Notes: generated from the letters alone by a model not told the origin. A stretch of 64,000 nucleotides of DNA from Mobula hypostoma (GCF_963921235.1 NC_086097.1:45758001-45822000), one strand, 5' to 3'; counted from the stretch's first letter, positions 37,185-50,243 are shown. Made by a program: numbers and translations.

Positions 37185-37692
37185 CCTCCCCCTTTCTTTC
37201 TCCCTAGGCCTTCCGTCCCATGATCCTCTCCCTTCTCCAGCCTCGTATCCCTTTTGCCAATCAACTTTCCAGCTCTTAGCTCCATCCCTCCCCCTCCTGT
37301 CTTCTCCTATAATTTGGGATCTCCCCCTCCCACTTTCAAATCTCTTACTATCTTGAAGCACCTTCAATTACTCCAAAAGACTGAGGTTTGGTAAAAATAC
37401 TGAAAGGCTTTTATTCTCTGTACAATACGACCTCCACAGTGAGTGTCTGCCCCCGGACTGAGGGGGAGGGGCAAGACGAACACCTTTATACAGGACTCTG
37501 TGGGAGGAGCCACAGGGGCAGTCAGCAGAGGGGCGTGTCCAGACAGGTAACCGAGTTACAACATATATACATGGTTTACCACATATCTCTTCTTTCAGTT
37601 AGTCCTGACGAAGGGTCTCAGCCCAAAACGTCGACTGTACCTCTTCCTATAGATGCTTTCTGGTTCTACCAGCATTTTGTGTGTGTTGCTCA
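37185..37692 (+). repeat. Penelope 3' repeat (pyrimidine-rich UTR plus hammerhead motif), split by a solo LTR
   Basis: Collinear with 57730-57990; hammerhead-like motif at 37601-37636. Confidence 0.88.
37354..37583 (-). mobile_element. Solo LTR, 230 bp
   Basis: TG...CA termini; perfect 5-bp TSD TATCT at 37349-37353 and 37584-37588; TATAAA followed by AATAAA on the minus strand. Confidence 0.88.
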
Positions 37693-39399
37693 GAATAAAA
37701 TGCCTGTTTCAAGAATCATATTTGACCTACACATTGGATCTGCTTTTAGAATCACAGCCTTGATGCTGGAGAATTTTGTAAAGGTAACATTGGTAGTGTT
37801 CCTGTGCCACCGAGGGCAGTCCTGGCAATGGTAGCAGAGGAATTTTCCTTATTTTTCAAAAAACCTCATTGAATATTTTATATCCTCTGAATGAAACATG
37901 CATGTCTGACAAAACTTCAATCCTCCTGCACTGCATTAGTGTCATCTTAAAATTATATGCCTAGATGTCTGGAGAAATGTACAATCTTCCCCTCCTTTGT
38001 ATTAATAGTTTTTCTCCAAGTGCAGATTTGTTTGAGTTCATAAAGTGATACAGTTTTAAAATAGCAAGCCTGAAAGAGATGTAGCAGATTAGACAAGGAA
38101 GCAGAAATAATTCACTAACTCTGTGCAAAAGTAAATGTGCACTTCACTATTTGTACATATATGAATTAAGGGTATGAGTAAATGGACGTAGAACACTTCT
38201 AGTGCACCAGAACCTATTCACAGGCATTTTTTGGGGGGCTTCTTTCTTTCAAATCAAACTTAGAAATGGTGACTCCCACCAGGAAATTCATTGGTAAAAT
38301 GAATAAATCCTTGGATGAAATGTTACAAAGGTTCACAAGAGCCAAGAAAAGGCATTAGAGTAATGAGCTCTAAAATAGTTTATGAATCTTCTTCCTACAA
38401 TCATTAGACTTAATTCTGTTGACAGGTTAGTGCTTAATAACTCCCTATGCCTATTTTATAAGAACATTATTTATAATTTGGTGATGTACCAGTGCAGTAG
38501 TTAGAGAATTCTACAGGAAGCATAATGATATCATTTCAGGCAAATACTTTCTAATATGCGCCTCACAGACAGAGCACTTTTGTAATATTTTCCTATTTCA
38601 TTGCACTCACAAAGGCAAGGGAATTAGATCCTATGTGTTTTGGAGATTTTCTCCTTGCTTTGCTTTGCCATGCTTTTCTTTGTATATGCCTTGTCATTTT
38701 CCTAATTGTCTCTTCCTCTCTGTCAAGCTTTAGGCCTGTTGTTTCTGCTGACCATACATTCTGCTACAGCTGGTGTCCTCTCCTTTTAAAACTTGTTTCT
38801 AAGTTGCTGGCAAATCCAGCCCTTGATGTCCATCCCTATTTGCCCTTGAGAAACTGGTGAGAAGTCTGCTGGAATTTCAGGGGTGAAATCATCCTCATAG
38901 TTTGATCAGGTGGGAAACCTCATGATTTTGTTCCCCTGATGAGGGAAAGCCAGGTCAGGGTTGAGAGAAGCTTGCTGGTGGTGATGCCCTCATACATCTG
39001 ATGCACCGAAGTTCTCAGATGGTATCAACTATTGGTTCAGTGGTGCTGCAGAAGAAATTGTGGTGATTTGCTATAATACGTCTTGAAGATGTTAGATCTC
39101 ACAATATATATACATTGTGAACCCTCCTGGTAAGTGGGAAGTGTTTGGGACACTCTGACAGGTCGTAGAAAGATTTTGGGAGCCAGGTCACTTGGAGCAG
39201 AGTGTTCACACCCTGCTCTGATCATCCTGATGACAGGATTTATATGTAACCCCAATTCTGTTTCTCATCAGGGGATGTTGGTGCTGAGGAATCCAATGAT
39301 GGTAATGGCATTGAATGGAAGGGAAGATAAATTCTTGCTTCATATCAACCATAGATGATACAGCCATTATAGTGAGGGCTTTGGAGAGAGTGCAGAAGA

Positions 39400-39880
39400 C
39401 ACATAACATGAAAAGAAGCAGTCTCAACACTGACCCCTGTAGAACACCACTAGTCATTGACAGCCAACCAGAAAAGGCCTCCTTTATTCCCACTCTTTGC
39501 CACCTGCCAGTCAGCCAATCTTGTATCCATGCTAACATCTTTCCTGTAATATCATGGCTTTTATCTTGTTAAGCAACATTATGTGCGGCAACTTGTCAAA
39601 GGCCTTCTGAAAGTACAAGTAACCGGTATCCACAGGCTCTCCTTTGTCTATCCTGCCTGCTATTTCCTCATGGAATTCCAACAGATTTGTCAGGCAAGAT
39701 TTCCCCTTAAAGAAACCATGCTGACTTTGGCCTATTTATCATGTGCCTCCAAGTACCCCAAAAACTCAACCTTAGTAATGAACTCTAACATCTTCCCAAC
39801 CACTGAAGTCAGGCTAACTGGCCTATAGTTTCCTTCCTTCTGCCTCGCTCCCTTCCAGAGTAGCTTTTGCAGTTTTCCAG
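39400..39880 (-). mobile_element. CR1 RT fragment
   Basis: ORF 39206-39538 (WIQDWLTGR.QRVGI...SGVLQGSVL). Confidence 0.85.
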
Positions 39881-40019
39881 TTTTCATATGTTGCTGTCAA
39901 TTAACATTTCTCCTCTGAATTACTAAAAAAAATCAGATCCTCAGCAGATCAGAGAGCATCCAAAGGGGGAGGATGAGAACTAAAGTTTCACAAACATCAT
40001 CTTTTGTTAATGATCTGAT

Positions 40020-40418
40020 AAACATAGAAAACCTAGAGCACAATACAGGCCCTTCAGCTCACAAAGCTGTGCTGAACATGTCCTTACCTTAGAAATTACC
40101 TAGGGTTACCCATAGCCCTCTATTTTTCTGAGCTCCATATACCTGTCCAGGAGTCTTTTAAAAGACCCTATTGTATCTGCCTCCACCACCGTCGCCGGCA
40201 GCCCATTCCATGCACTCACCACTCTCTGCGTTTTAAAAAAAACACTTACCCCTGACATCTCCTCTGTACCTACTACCTACTTCCAAGCCCTCTCGTGCTA
40301 ACCATTCCAGCCCTGGAAAAAAGCCTCTGACTATCCACCCGATTAATGTCTCTCATCATCTTATACACCTCTATCAAGTCACCTCTCATCCTCTGTCGCT
40401 TCAAGGAGAAAAGGCCAA
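40020..40418 (-). mobile_element. CR1 3' fragment
   Basis: Tail AAACATAGAAA and reverse-complemented RGDLIEVYKMMR-coding segment. Confidence 0.85.
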
Positions 40419-41649
40419 ATAAATTTCTGGTATTTTCTGCTTTGTGGAATGGAACTGCTTCAAAAGCTTACATAAAAGTGATGGGCTGAATGGCTTCTTA
40501 CACCGTCATAATAAAATATTTCCAGTATCTACAATATTTTACAAATGGTCATTAGCCTAGCATTCTATATAGTATTTTGAGTAAAATGAATTAAATTATG
40601 TTACTTTAAATGGAAAATTATACCTTCTCAAACAGATTTATATGAAGTCTGATTTTAGGAGCAATAAAGTTACTTACCAAGCTTGTTCAAGCCTTTTTAA
40701 AATGCACTTTGTGCTTCATGATAATTCTGTTTCACTGGCTCTGAATCAAGCTTGTTATCTTCACTGCCATTTCTGACTTTCTTGGCTTGAAGAGAGTTGG
40801 GTGTGTTTTTCTTGTAATTGGCACACCCCTGTTGGGAATGAAGTTGTGTCACTTGGAATACTTTATTTACAATACATTCAACCATCTTAAACCAGTGACA
40901 TTTCGATTTTAGTTGAGAAGGAAAATAGAAAGGGCTGGAAATATGAAAAAATAGGGTACTCATAATAACCTTGAAAAGGGAAAAAATAATTGCTTCATAT
41001 TTCAGATGTAGAAACATTGATTGTATATCTTCCTCTTTTGCTCAAAAACAGTTTCAGAAGAAGTAATAATTAACAGGCACCAATCAACCTAGAATTTGCT
41101 CATAAATTCACCTCATTTCGTATGAAAACATTGCTATCAAACAAAAACAGAAAATAACAATGGTCTTGTAAAAATTTAATCAAACAACTGAATTGACAAG
41201 TAAACATCAAAACTGGGAATAATTTATCCTGGAAGATAAAGTGCTTTAAGCTTGATCAAAATGACCCAACAGGGTATTTACAAATCGTCTATTACTGATT
41301 GAGTTACAGGGAACCATCGTGAGTAAGGATCAAATAGCACAGCTCCTAACCCAGCTTTTCTCAGTAGGTCCAACCTGACCTGCAGTTCACAAAATGATGG
41401 ATGAATTTATGATGGACAAGTGAATTATACCTTCAATCATTCATGTGTGTAAGTTGCCAGTGATGATTGAGTTAATGGGATGTTTTGCCTATTGTTGGCT
41501 CTAAACTACTGCTGGGAATTAAGTTGTAATAAGGTCAAAGTGACTGATAAATGATTGCATTTTTATTAGTATGCTGTACCATTCTTGACAACTAACTTTA
41601 AATAGAAATTTCTTTCAGCTGTTTGCATTTTAACTCTTTACATTTTATT

Positions 41650-41745
41650 AACAAGAGAACTGCAGATGCTGGAAATCCAAAGAAACCCACACTAACTGCT
41701 AGAGGAGCTCAGCAGGACTGCCAGCATCTAGGAAATAAATAGATA
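41650..41745 (-). repeat. Penelope-like 3' terminal fragment
   Basis: CTGCAGATGCTGGAAATCC...GAGGAGCTCAGCAGG...CAGCATCTA. Confidence 0.75.
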
Positions 41746-41964
41746 GCTTTATATTTTAAATAACTACATAAGAACAAAAATTAAAACTACTGCTGTGTTT
41801 CCACTTCTAATTCTATTCTTTTGTTTTAGACCAAACCTTAATACAGTATTATTACTTGAAAAAACACATGCATTCTGCATAATCATGAATCTTATGTTTA
41901 TTCATTATATGATCACTTATAAAGATCGCACCAAAACTTTTGATCATATTTGCTACACAGAATC

Positions 41965-42300
41965 TAGATCATCAGGCAGAAGGATCAGGAGTCTTAAGTC
42001 CCACAACACCATCAGACTTCTGAACCAGCATAAATAACTTCACTCCTCTCAACTCTGAATTTACTCCACAACCTGCGATCTCACTTTCAAGAACTCTCCG
42101 TGTTACCTTTCTCATTATTTGCAGAATTTGTCTTATTTTGCACGTTTATTGTTTGCCAGTCTTTATTTATAAATATATATTTTTTAAATTCTATTGTATT
42201 TCTTTATTTTCCTATCAATGCCCTGAAGGAAAATGAATCGCAAGATAGTATATGGTGATATACGTGTATATGTACTTCGATATAGATTTACTTTACATTG
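41965..42300 (+). repeat. Rex1/Babar 3' end
   Basis: CATCAGGCAGAAGG..CAGGAG...ACCATCAGACTTCTGAAC followed by a T-rich 3' UTR. Confidence 0.65.
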
Positions 42301-42808
42301 ACATCCCTAACAAAGTCAGTGTTTACATTGAATGCACGTATGCACAAGCACCTAGATGAATTAGAAGCAGGAGTAAGCCACTCCGTTTCTCAACCTTGTT
42401 TCATTGTTTCATTAGCTACAACTTCACACACCATGTACCTGCAGAGCAAAAAAAAAGGAATAATGAGGTAGTGTTCATGTGTTCATGCGTTCATGCACTG
42501 TCCATTAATCTAATGGCAGAGGGGAAGAAGGTGTTCCTAAGTCTCCTATACCTCCTTCCTGATAGTAGTAACAAAAAGAGGGCATGTCCACAACGGTGTG
42601 AGTCCTTAATGATAGATGTAGTTTTCCTTGAGGCTCCGCATCTTGAAGATGCCCTTGATGGTGGGCAGGTTGTGCTGTGTCTATAACCCTCTGAAGCCTC
42701 TTTTGATCCTGCGCATTAGAGCTGCCATATCTGGTACAGTCAGGACGCTCTCCACCACACACCTACAGAAATCTGCAAAAGTCTTTGGTAACATTCCAAA
42801 TCTCCTCA

Positions 42809-45800
42809 TGTGGTGTATTCAATATTTCAGTAATATTGTAAATACGTTGTTTGATTAAGCATTCTTTGCTCATATACATAATTCATTATGGGTTGTATGT
42901 AGGAAGTATGTGAATGGCATACATTATTACACCACCAAGTCATATGTGAGCACCTCACTAAAGAAAAGGAAAGTAAAGCTAAGTAGACAAACATCTCCTG
43001 GCTCCTGTGTTTTTCTTTCAATTAGTTATTGGAGTGACAAAATAGAACAGTAGCGATGAAGAAGCTTTAAAACTAACCCGAGATGATGACCAACCTGTTG
43101 AAGCTACAGCATGGTTTTCTTTGAAAGGGGAGAGAGAGAGGCTGACTACATTGGTAAGATAGATGCATTCGATTGCACAACAGATAACTAGATGATGAAT
43201 ACTAAACAAACTGAACAGCATTTTGAAGCAAATGAAATAGCCAATGAAACGAGTGCCACTGTTGCAAAGTGCAATGGGTGGAAAAACATAATAGTTTGTT
43301 TAGAACTTTAACTGCTCCAACCAAACAGGCCAAAATGAGATTTCCTGATATTGTGAATGTAATGCAGGACATTTAGAACCAAAACTATTGTTGATTGCAG
43401 AATATTTTAGGTTTCATAAGCAGAATCAAAAGGAAGTGGAGTCTTTTTCAGCTTACATGGTTAAATTGAAGAAATTGTCCAAGCATTATAAGTTCAGTGA
43501 TAGGCTTATTAATGCACTGAGATATTAGTTCAGATATTTAGTTTGTGGAATCTTACAAGAAATTTTTCAAAAATGGCTCCTAACTGAAGCACAGCTTTCA
43601 TTTAAAAGAGCAGTTGAAATTCCTTTATCAATAGAAACAACAGCCTGAGATGCAATTGAGTTACTGTCAGGAATGAAAATGGGCATGAACAAAATTGCAA
43701 CATTTGAACAGAAGCCTACCTGCTGAACAAATTGTGTTACTGTTGTGGTAGGTGCTCACATACACTAGACCAATGCTGGTTTAAAGGCAAAACTTGCAGA
43801 AAATGCCATGGAATAGGACACATACAAAAAGCATGTCAGGCAGACAAGAATAAATGGACTGCACAAGGAATAAAAAAGATAAAAAGCCAAGATGTATTTT
43901 CAAAAGGAGCGCTAATCTGGATGCTAGTGATGAAAAATCTGATGATGAGAGTGATACAGGATTGGGTAGCCTTGAGATTTACAATGTGAAAACTAACATG
44001 AGATAAGCAAATAGCTTACACCAGAAGTGAAAAACAAATTAATTAGAATGGAATTGGACACTGGCTTGGCTCTTTCAGTCATTCCATAAAATGAGTTTGT
44101 ACAGCATTTCAAAGATACTGAACTTAAGCTTGCAGATATCCAACTAATAACTTTCACTGGAGAAAAGATAACTTCTATGGGAATGACATTTTTAACAGTG
44201 AAATGCAACAACCAGCAAGCCAATTGAGCTTATAATGTGATAAAAACAGGAGGGCCAGTATTGTGGGGCTGCGATTGGTTGAGACAACTACAACTTGATT
44301 GGAGATCCAATTACAGTTTTCATGCCACACCCTCTACAACAGTCAAATTGAAAGCAAATTAAGAAAAGTACTGGATGATGCCACAGCAATGTTCAAGGAT
44401 GGCATTGGAAAACTCAACCCTATTAAGGATAAGATAGCATTAAATGAAAAAGCCATTCCCGAGTTTTACAAACCCCGTCCAGTTCCTTATACCATCCAAG
44501 ATAAAGTAGCCATTGAGCTAGATCACATGGAGGCCGAAGGAATTCATTCCAAGGTTGAGTGGAGCCCATGGGCAATGTCCATGGTCCCCGTAGCCAAGAA
44601 GAATGGGTCTATCTGGATCTGTGGCGATTTTAAGGTCATCATCAACCCTTGTACTAAAAGTAGATCAATACTTTCTGCCCAGGATAGAGGATATCTTTTC
44701 AAACCTTTCCACAGAAAAACACTTCAGCAAAGTGGACTTATCTGAAGCTTAACTACCATCCAAGCTGAGAGCTAAAGTTCTTTGAGGAGTTACACGCCTG
44801 TCATCTAGGTGTGGCCAAAATGAAAGCATTGGCTCACAGCTTTGTCTGGTGGGTTGGGATAGATCAGCAGACCATGCAGCTTGCTATGCACTGTTCGGGA
44901 TGCCAACATGTCCAAAAGATGCCAAGAACAGTGCATCTCCATCCCTGGAAATGGCCTCCACTGACATGGCAAAGGATTGATGTGAATATTGCTGGACAGG
45001 ACGGACACAAATTTCTTGGTAGTAGTGGATGCAGCAACAAAATGGGCAGAAGTGTTCCCAACAGCCTCCTTAACAGCCTTAAACACTGATTGTTGAGAAA
45101 CCTGTTCCCAAGGACTGGTGGTTCAGAACAGTCAGCCATAATGGACCTGTTGTGGAACACTTTCAGTCATTCCTGAAAATGAATGGAATAAGACATATCA
45201 CATCTACACCTATCATTAAGATACAAACGGTTTGGCAGAAAGGTTATCCGGAGTCTAAAAAACACACTGCAAGCAATGTCGGCAGAACACACAACAGTAG
45301 CACTGAATTAGAACCCTGGTAATTTCCTCCTTGCATATCACAACGCAGCACACGCCACAATCGACAATGCTGTTCCCGGGTCATCCCTTGCACTCAGCCT
45401 TGGATCTCCTCAAACCCAATCTCAGAAGGAGTATGAAGTACAAGCAACAGAGACAAATCGAAGGCTCCTCAAACAATGAGGTTCGATATTTCACTCCTGA
45501 CAAGCAGTCCTGATGAGGGACTACACAGGGGATCAAAAGTGGCTACTTGGAAAGATTACAGACAGAACTTGACCACAGAGGAGACTGTGTCAGTTGTCAT
45601 CTGAAGTTGTCACCTCGATCAGTTGAGGAGAGCAGAGTCAATTTTTAGAGAAGAAAGGTGCACAGAGCTGTCAGAACCACTTCCTGCCGTCCCAGAGTCA
45701 ACCCTTACAACCACCACAGAGGAGGCCCCAGAACCTGAGTTTGTTTCATAGCCACAAGTCTCAACTGCCAAACAAAGTGACCCACCACCCCCCACTTCTC

Positions 45801-46842
45801 AGGGAAGTCGTTAACCCACAAGAGTAAGAGATCCTCCACTGTGATTAAATCTTTAGGTCTGAGTGGGACAATTTAAAATTTACTATGTGGTGTATGTTTA
45901 TGTAGTATACAGTACATATGATGACTGGAGAGCAAAACATTACATATTTGAGTTGAGATGTATTCTATATTGAATTGGAATTTATAGCTAAACATGCAGA
46001 AGTGTCATGTTTTCAATATTTCAGTACATTGTAAATATTTTGTTTGATTAGGCATTTTTGTTTGTTCACATAAAAATGTGCACGGCCCTCCGGTGAAAAA
46101 TGATATCATATCTGTTAAATAGGGGCCGTGGACAATTCTGATTTGATGGAGAATGGACGTGAAAGCACGGAGGAACATCTGGAGAAATTTCTGAAACGCC
46201 CGTTCGCTGCTGTCGTTACTGTGGGGTCGGGAATCTTTCGGAGGATAGGCCTCAAAATCCCCGGCCTTGCCTGCTTTTGGCGACCGAGAAGGAGGTTGAA
46301 TTGTTTGGACAGAGATGGCGCTCAGTACTCGGTGTCGGAGAGCTGATCAGAGCTCGAAGTTTTCGGATGACTCAGAGTCGAATTGTGGTCGGCATGGCAG
46401 GGAGAGTTTTTCTTCCTTCTCCCGTCTGCGTGAGATGTGGGACATTTAAGAAACTTTGGACTTTACTGTGCTCATGGACTTCATCAAGTTATGGTATTGT
46501 GCACTGTTGTAATTATATGTTATAATTATGTGGTTTTGTCAGTTTTTTTCAGTCTTGGTCTGTCCTGTGTTTTGTGATATCACACCGGAGGAACTATTGT
46601 ATCATTTCTTAATGCATGCATTACTAAATGACAATAAAAGAGGACTACATGTCTTCATAATCATAATCATAATTAATTTTGGGTTATATGTCAGAAGTAC
46701 ATGAATGGCATATGTCATTACACCACCACCACATCATAAGCGAGCACCTCACTAAAATAAAACGAAAGAAAAACTAAGTAGACAAATATCCCAGCACTTG
46801 TACTTTTCTTTAGATTAGTTTCTGGAATTACAAAACTTAGCA
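42809..46842 (+). mobile_element. Gypsy LTR retrotransposon with both LTRs; degenerate gag-pol with an internal deletion
   Basis: LTRs 42809-43049 and ~46002-46842 (SINE inserted); TG...CA termini; TSD CCTCA at 42804-42808 and 46843-46847. Gag knuckles CYCCGRCSH...C and CRKCHGIGHIQKAC; protease ELDTG at ~44050; RT start (VPVAKKNGSIWICGDFK); integrase (MKALAHSFVWW...HCSGCQ). Confidence 0.95.
46074..46673 (+). mobile_element. ~600-bp SINE-like element, copy 3, inside the Gypsy 3' LTR
   Basis: Reverse complement of 34509-35115; tail (CATAAT)3; LTR sequence resumes after it. Confidence 0.92.
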
Positions 46843-47832
46843 CCTCAAACTCCAAACAAGGGAGCGTCACTGCACCTTCTTCATGATTGCACCAATATGT
46901 TTGGTCCAGGATAGATCCCCAGAGATATTAACATCCAGTGCTCACCCTTCCCACCACTGACCATTTGATGAGGACTGGTGTGTGTTTTTCCAACCCTCCC
47001 CTTCTAAAGTCCACAGTCCATGCCTTGGTCTTGGTGATGTTGAGTGCAAGATGCTGTTACGACACCATTCAATCAGTCAATCTGTCTCATTCCTCTACGC
47101 CTCCTTAGCTGGTTGAGTGTGGGGTTGGGGGGGGTGCGAAGGGGGTTTGACAGGGAGATGGTGGGTTGATGTTAACAGCACCCAGCATCATCTGAAATTT
47201 TTCAACTACAACAATCCTTTCACAATTAAGGCCAAACTACTCCTACCTATCCTTGCATGTTAACTTTCTGAACGCCCACAGCTTTAAATCACTCAGCAAG
47301 CAAAAATCTAATCCTTTTTATATATCAAAGTGGATAACACAACATTTAACTACTTTATATCTCATCTTCTGTATCCTTGCACTTTCAGTTAGACTGTCTA
47401 TATTTTACTGATTCCTCACTGCATCCTCCTCACTACCCACAATAACATCCAGGTTTGTAAATGAATGCAGAGAGAGTACTATTGCAAGCACTTATGAAAG
47501 GCAGTGTTAATTCTACTGTAATTCAGCTTGGTTGGTCATTCAGAATTGTGCCTATATCAGTCACATTAGTTTTCCTTTGCTACAATAATAATTCCCATTT
47601 CCTTTTGTTTGGTGAATCACCAAAGCCTTCACTATAATAACAATAGCTTGTATTAATATAATAACCTTTTATTACCAAAGCATCTGTGGGAGTTTCACAG
47701 GAGCATTATCAAACAAAAATTTGCACTCAGCCATAAAAAAATAACATGAAAGATCAGTTAGAGATGCAGTAACCGAGGGATCTCTTCAAGGAGGAAAGGC
47801 AGAGCAGCTGAAGAAGGAAGTTCCGGAGTTTA

Positions 47833-49355
47833 AGACCATAAGATATCGGAGCAGATTAGGCCATTTGGCCCATTGAGTTTGCTGCTCCATTTCATCATGG
47901 CTGATCCATTTTTCCTCTCAGCCCCAGTCTCCTGCCTTCACTCTGTATCCCTGTATGCACTGACCAATCAAGAATCTATCAACCTCTGCCTTAAATATAT
48001 GCAAAGGCTTGGCCTCCACAGCTGCCTGTGGCAAATAATTCCACAGATTCATCACTGTCTGGCTAAAGAAATTCCTCCTCATCTCCGTTCTAAAAGAGCG
48101 CCCCTCCATTCTTAGACTCTCGCATCATAGGAAACATCCTCTCCACATCCACTCTATCGAGGCCTTTCACCATTCGATAAGTATCAATGAAGTCTCCCCT
48201 CATTTTTCTGAATTCCAGCAGATACAAGCCCACAGCCATCAAACCCTCTTCCTGTGACAAGCCGTTCAATCCTGGAATCATTTTCGTGATCCTCCTTTGA
48301 ACCCTCTCCAGTTTCAGCACATCCTTTCGAAGATAAGGCGTCCAAAACTACACAAAATACCCCAGACGAGGTCTCACCCGTGCCTTTTAAAGTCTCACAC
48401 TACATCCTTGCTTTTATATTCTAGTCCTCTTGAAATGAAAGCTAACATTGCATTTGCCTTCCTCACCACAGGCTCAACCTTTGCACCTTTTTTTTTGTAT
48501 TTTCTTTCCACTTAGAAAATAGACAACCTTTTCATTTCTTCTACCAAAGTGCATGACCATACACTTCCTGACACTGTATTCCATCTGCCATTTCTTTGCC
48601 CATTCTCCTAATCTGAGTCCTTCTGTAGCCTCTCAAATCCTCAAAACTACCTGCCCCTCCAGATATCGTCATATCATCTGTAAACTTTGCAAGAAAGCCA
48701 TCAATTCTATCATCCAAATCATTGATATATAATGTAAAAAGAATCAGTCCCAACGCAGATCCCTGTGGAACATCACTAGTCACCGGCAGCCAGCCAGAAA
48801 AGGCTCCCTCTATTCCTACTGTTTGCCTCCTACCAATCAGCCACTACTTCATCCATGCTAGGATCTTTACTGTAATACCATGGGCTCGTGACTTGCTAAG
48901 CAGTCTCATATGTGGCACCTTGTCGAAGGCCTTCTGATGGTCCAAGTTCACAACATCAACTAGTTCTCCTTTGTCTATCCTGTTAGTTCTTCAAAGAATT
49001 CCAACAGATTTCTTGGGTAAGATTTTCCCTTGAGGAAACCATGCTGACTGCGGCCTATTTCATCATGTGCCCTCAAGTACCCTAAGACCTCATCCTTAAT
49101 CGACTCCTAAATTGTCCCACCCACTGAGGTCAGATGGACTGGCCTATAGTTTCCTTTTTTTGCCTCTCTTCCTTCTTGAAGAGTGGATTGACATTTGCAA
49201 TTTTCCAGTCTTCTGGAACCATTTCCAGAATCTAGTGGTTCTTGAAAGATCATTACTAATGCCTCCATGATCCCTTCAGCTACCTCTTCCAGGTGAGTTA
49301 TCTACCTTCAGACTTTTTAGTTTCCCAAGAACCTTCTCTCTAGTTATGGTAATTG
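47833..49355 (-). mobile_element. CR1 LINE, RT to 3' UTR, degenerate
   Basis: ORFs 48541-48783 (VPQGSALG...KFTDD), 48090-48320 and 47918-48109; tail AAGACCATAAGA. Confidence 0.9.
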
Positions 49356-49655
49356 TACATATTTAAGAGGGCCCAGTCAGTTCGAAATTATTCCCAGGAT
49401 GAAGGGTTATGGTTACAATGATAGAACATAATGGGAGGTTGCTGACAAAGGTTGTTTTGAAGGAGAATAACATTGGCAGGAGGAGAGGAAAATTGTTAAA
49501 AATAATAGATGATATGGGAGCCATGAGAGGAAGTTGGATGGTTAGTAGTTGAATGGCAAATTAGCTAAAAGGAATAAGATGTGGATCTCAAGAGAGAGTT
49601 GAGCTTGAATTGGACATTAGGAGAAACAGAAAAAAAACCAGCAGACAAAAACAGA

Positions 49656-49860
49656 AACACAAGGAAATCTGCAGATGCTGTAAATTCAAGCAACACACAT
49701 CAAAGTTGCTGGTGAATGCAGCAGGCCAGGCAGCATCTCTAGGAAGAGGTACAGTCAATGTTTCGGGCCGAGACCCTTCCTGATGAAGTCGACTGTACCT
49801 CTCCCTAGAGATGCTGCCTGGCCTGCTGCGTTTCACCAGCAACTTTGATGTGTGTTGCTT
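49656..49860. mobile_element. Penelope-derived fold-back mini-element, youngest copy
   Basis: Near-perfect inverted arms ~49688-49757 and ~49790-49860; perfect 13-bp TSD AGACAAAAACAGA at 49643-49655 and 49861-49873. Confidence 0.93.
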
Positions 49861-49923
49861 AGACAAAAACAGATAGGAGGAATCTTAGAAGTTTGGTTCT
49901 GTGTAAGGTGACAAACATGAATT

Positions 49924-50243
49924 TTTTTTATATAGACATCCGTTAGTCTCATGACACCATGGATTTATGCCTTGGAAGGTTTCCAGGGCGCAGGCCTGGG
50001 CAAGGTTGTTTGGAAGACCAGCAGTTGCCCATGCTGCAAGTCTCCCCTCTCCATGTCACTGATGTTGTCTAAGGGAAGGGCATTAGGACCCATACAGCTT
50101 GGCACCGGTGTCGTTGCAGAGCAATGTGTGGTTAAGTGCCTTGCTCAAGGACACAACACACTGCCTCAGCCAGGGCTCGAACTGGTGACCTTCAAATTAG
50201 TAGACGAACACCTTAACCACTTGGCCACGCGCCAACAAAAAAG
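49924..50243 (-). mobile_element. tRNA-derived SINE with a CORE-like domain
   Basis: Minus strand: A box TGGCCAAGTGG, B box GTTCGAGCC, CORE-like TGTGTCCTTGAGCAAGGCACTTAACC; A-rich 3' end; TSD ACATGAATT at 49915-49923 and 50244-50252. Confidence 0.88.

Larger units (their letters stand above)
42440..47110 (-). mobile_element. Old Rex1/Babar LINE (42440-42808 and 46843-47110) hosting the Gypsy element
   Basis: ACATTCCAAATCTCCTCA|AACTCC continues across the insertion, as in the uninterrupted copy at 14311-14335. Confidence 0.8.

Noticed and set aside
36855..37367. 170-aa G/R/E-rich ORF
   Set aside because: Antisense reading of the pyrimidine-rich Penelope 3' UTR plus flank.
50160..50233. tRNA-like sequence on the minus strand
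   Set aside because: It is the head of a SINE: it continues into a CORE-like body inside a TSD and I cannot fold a full cloverleaf.
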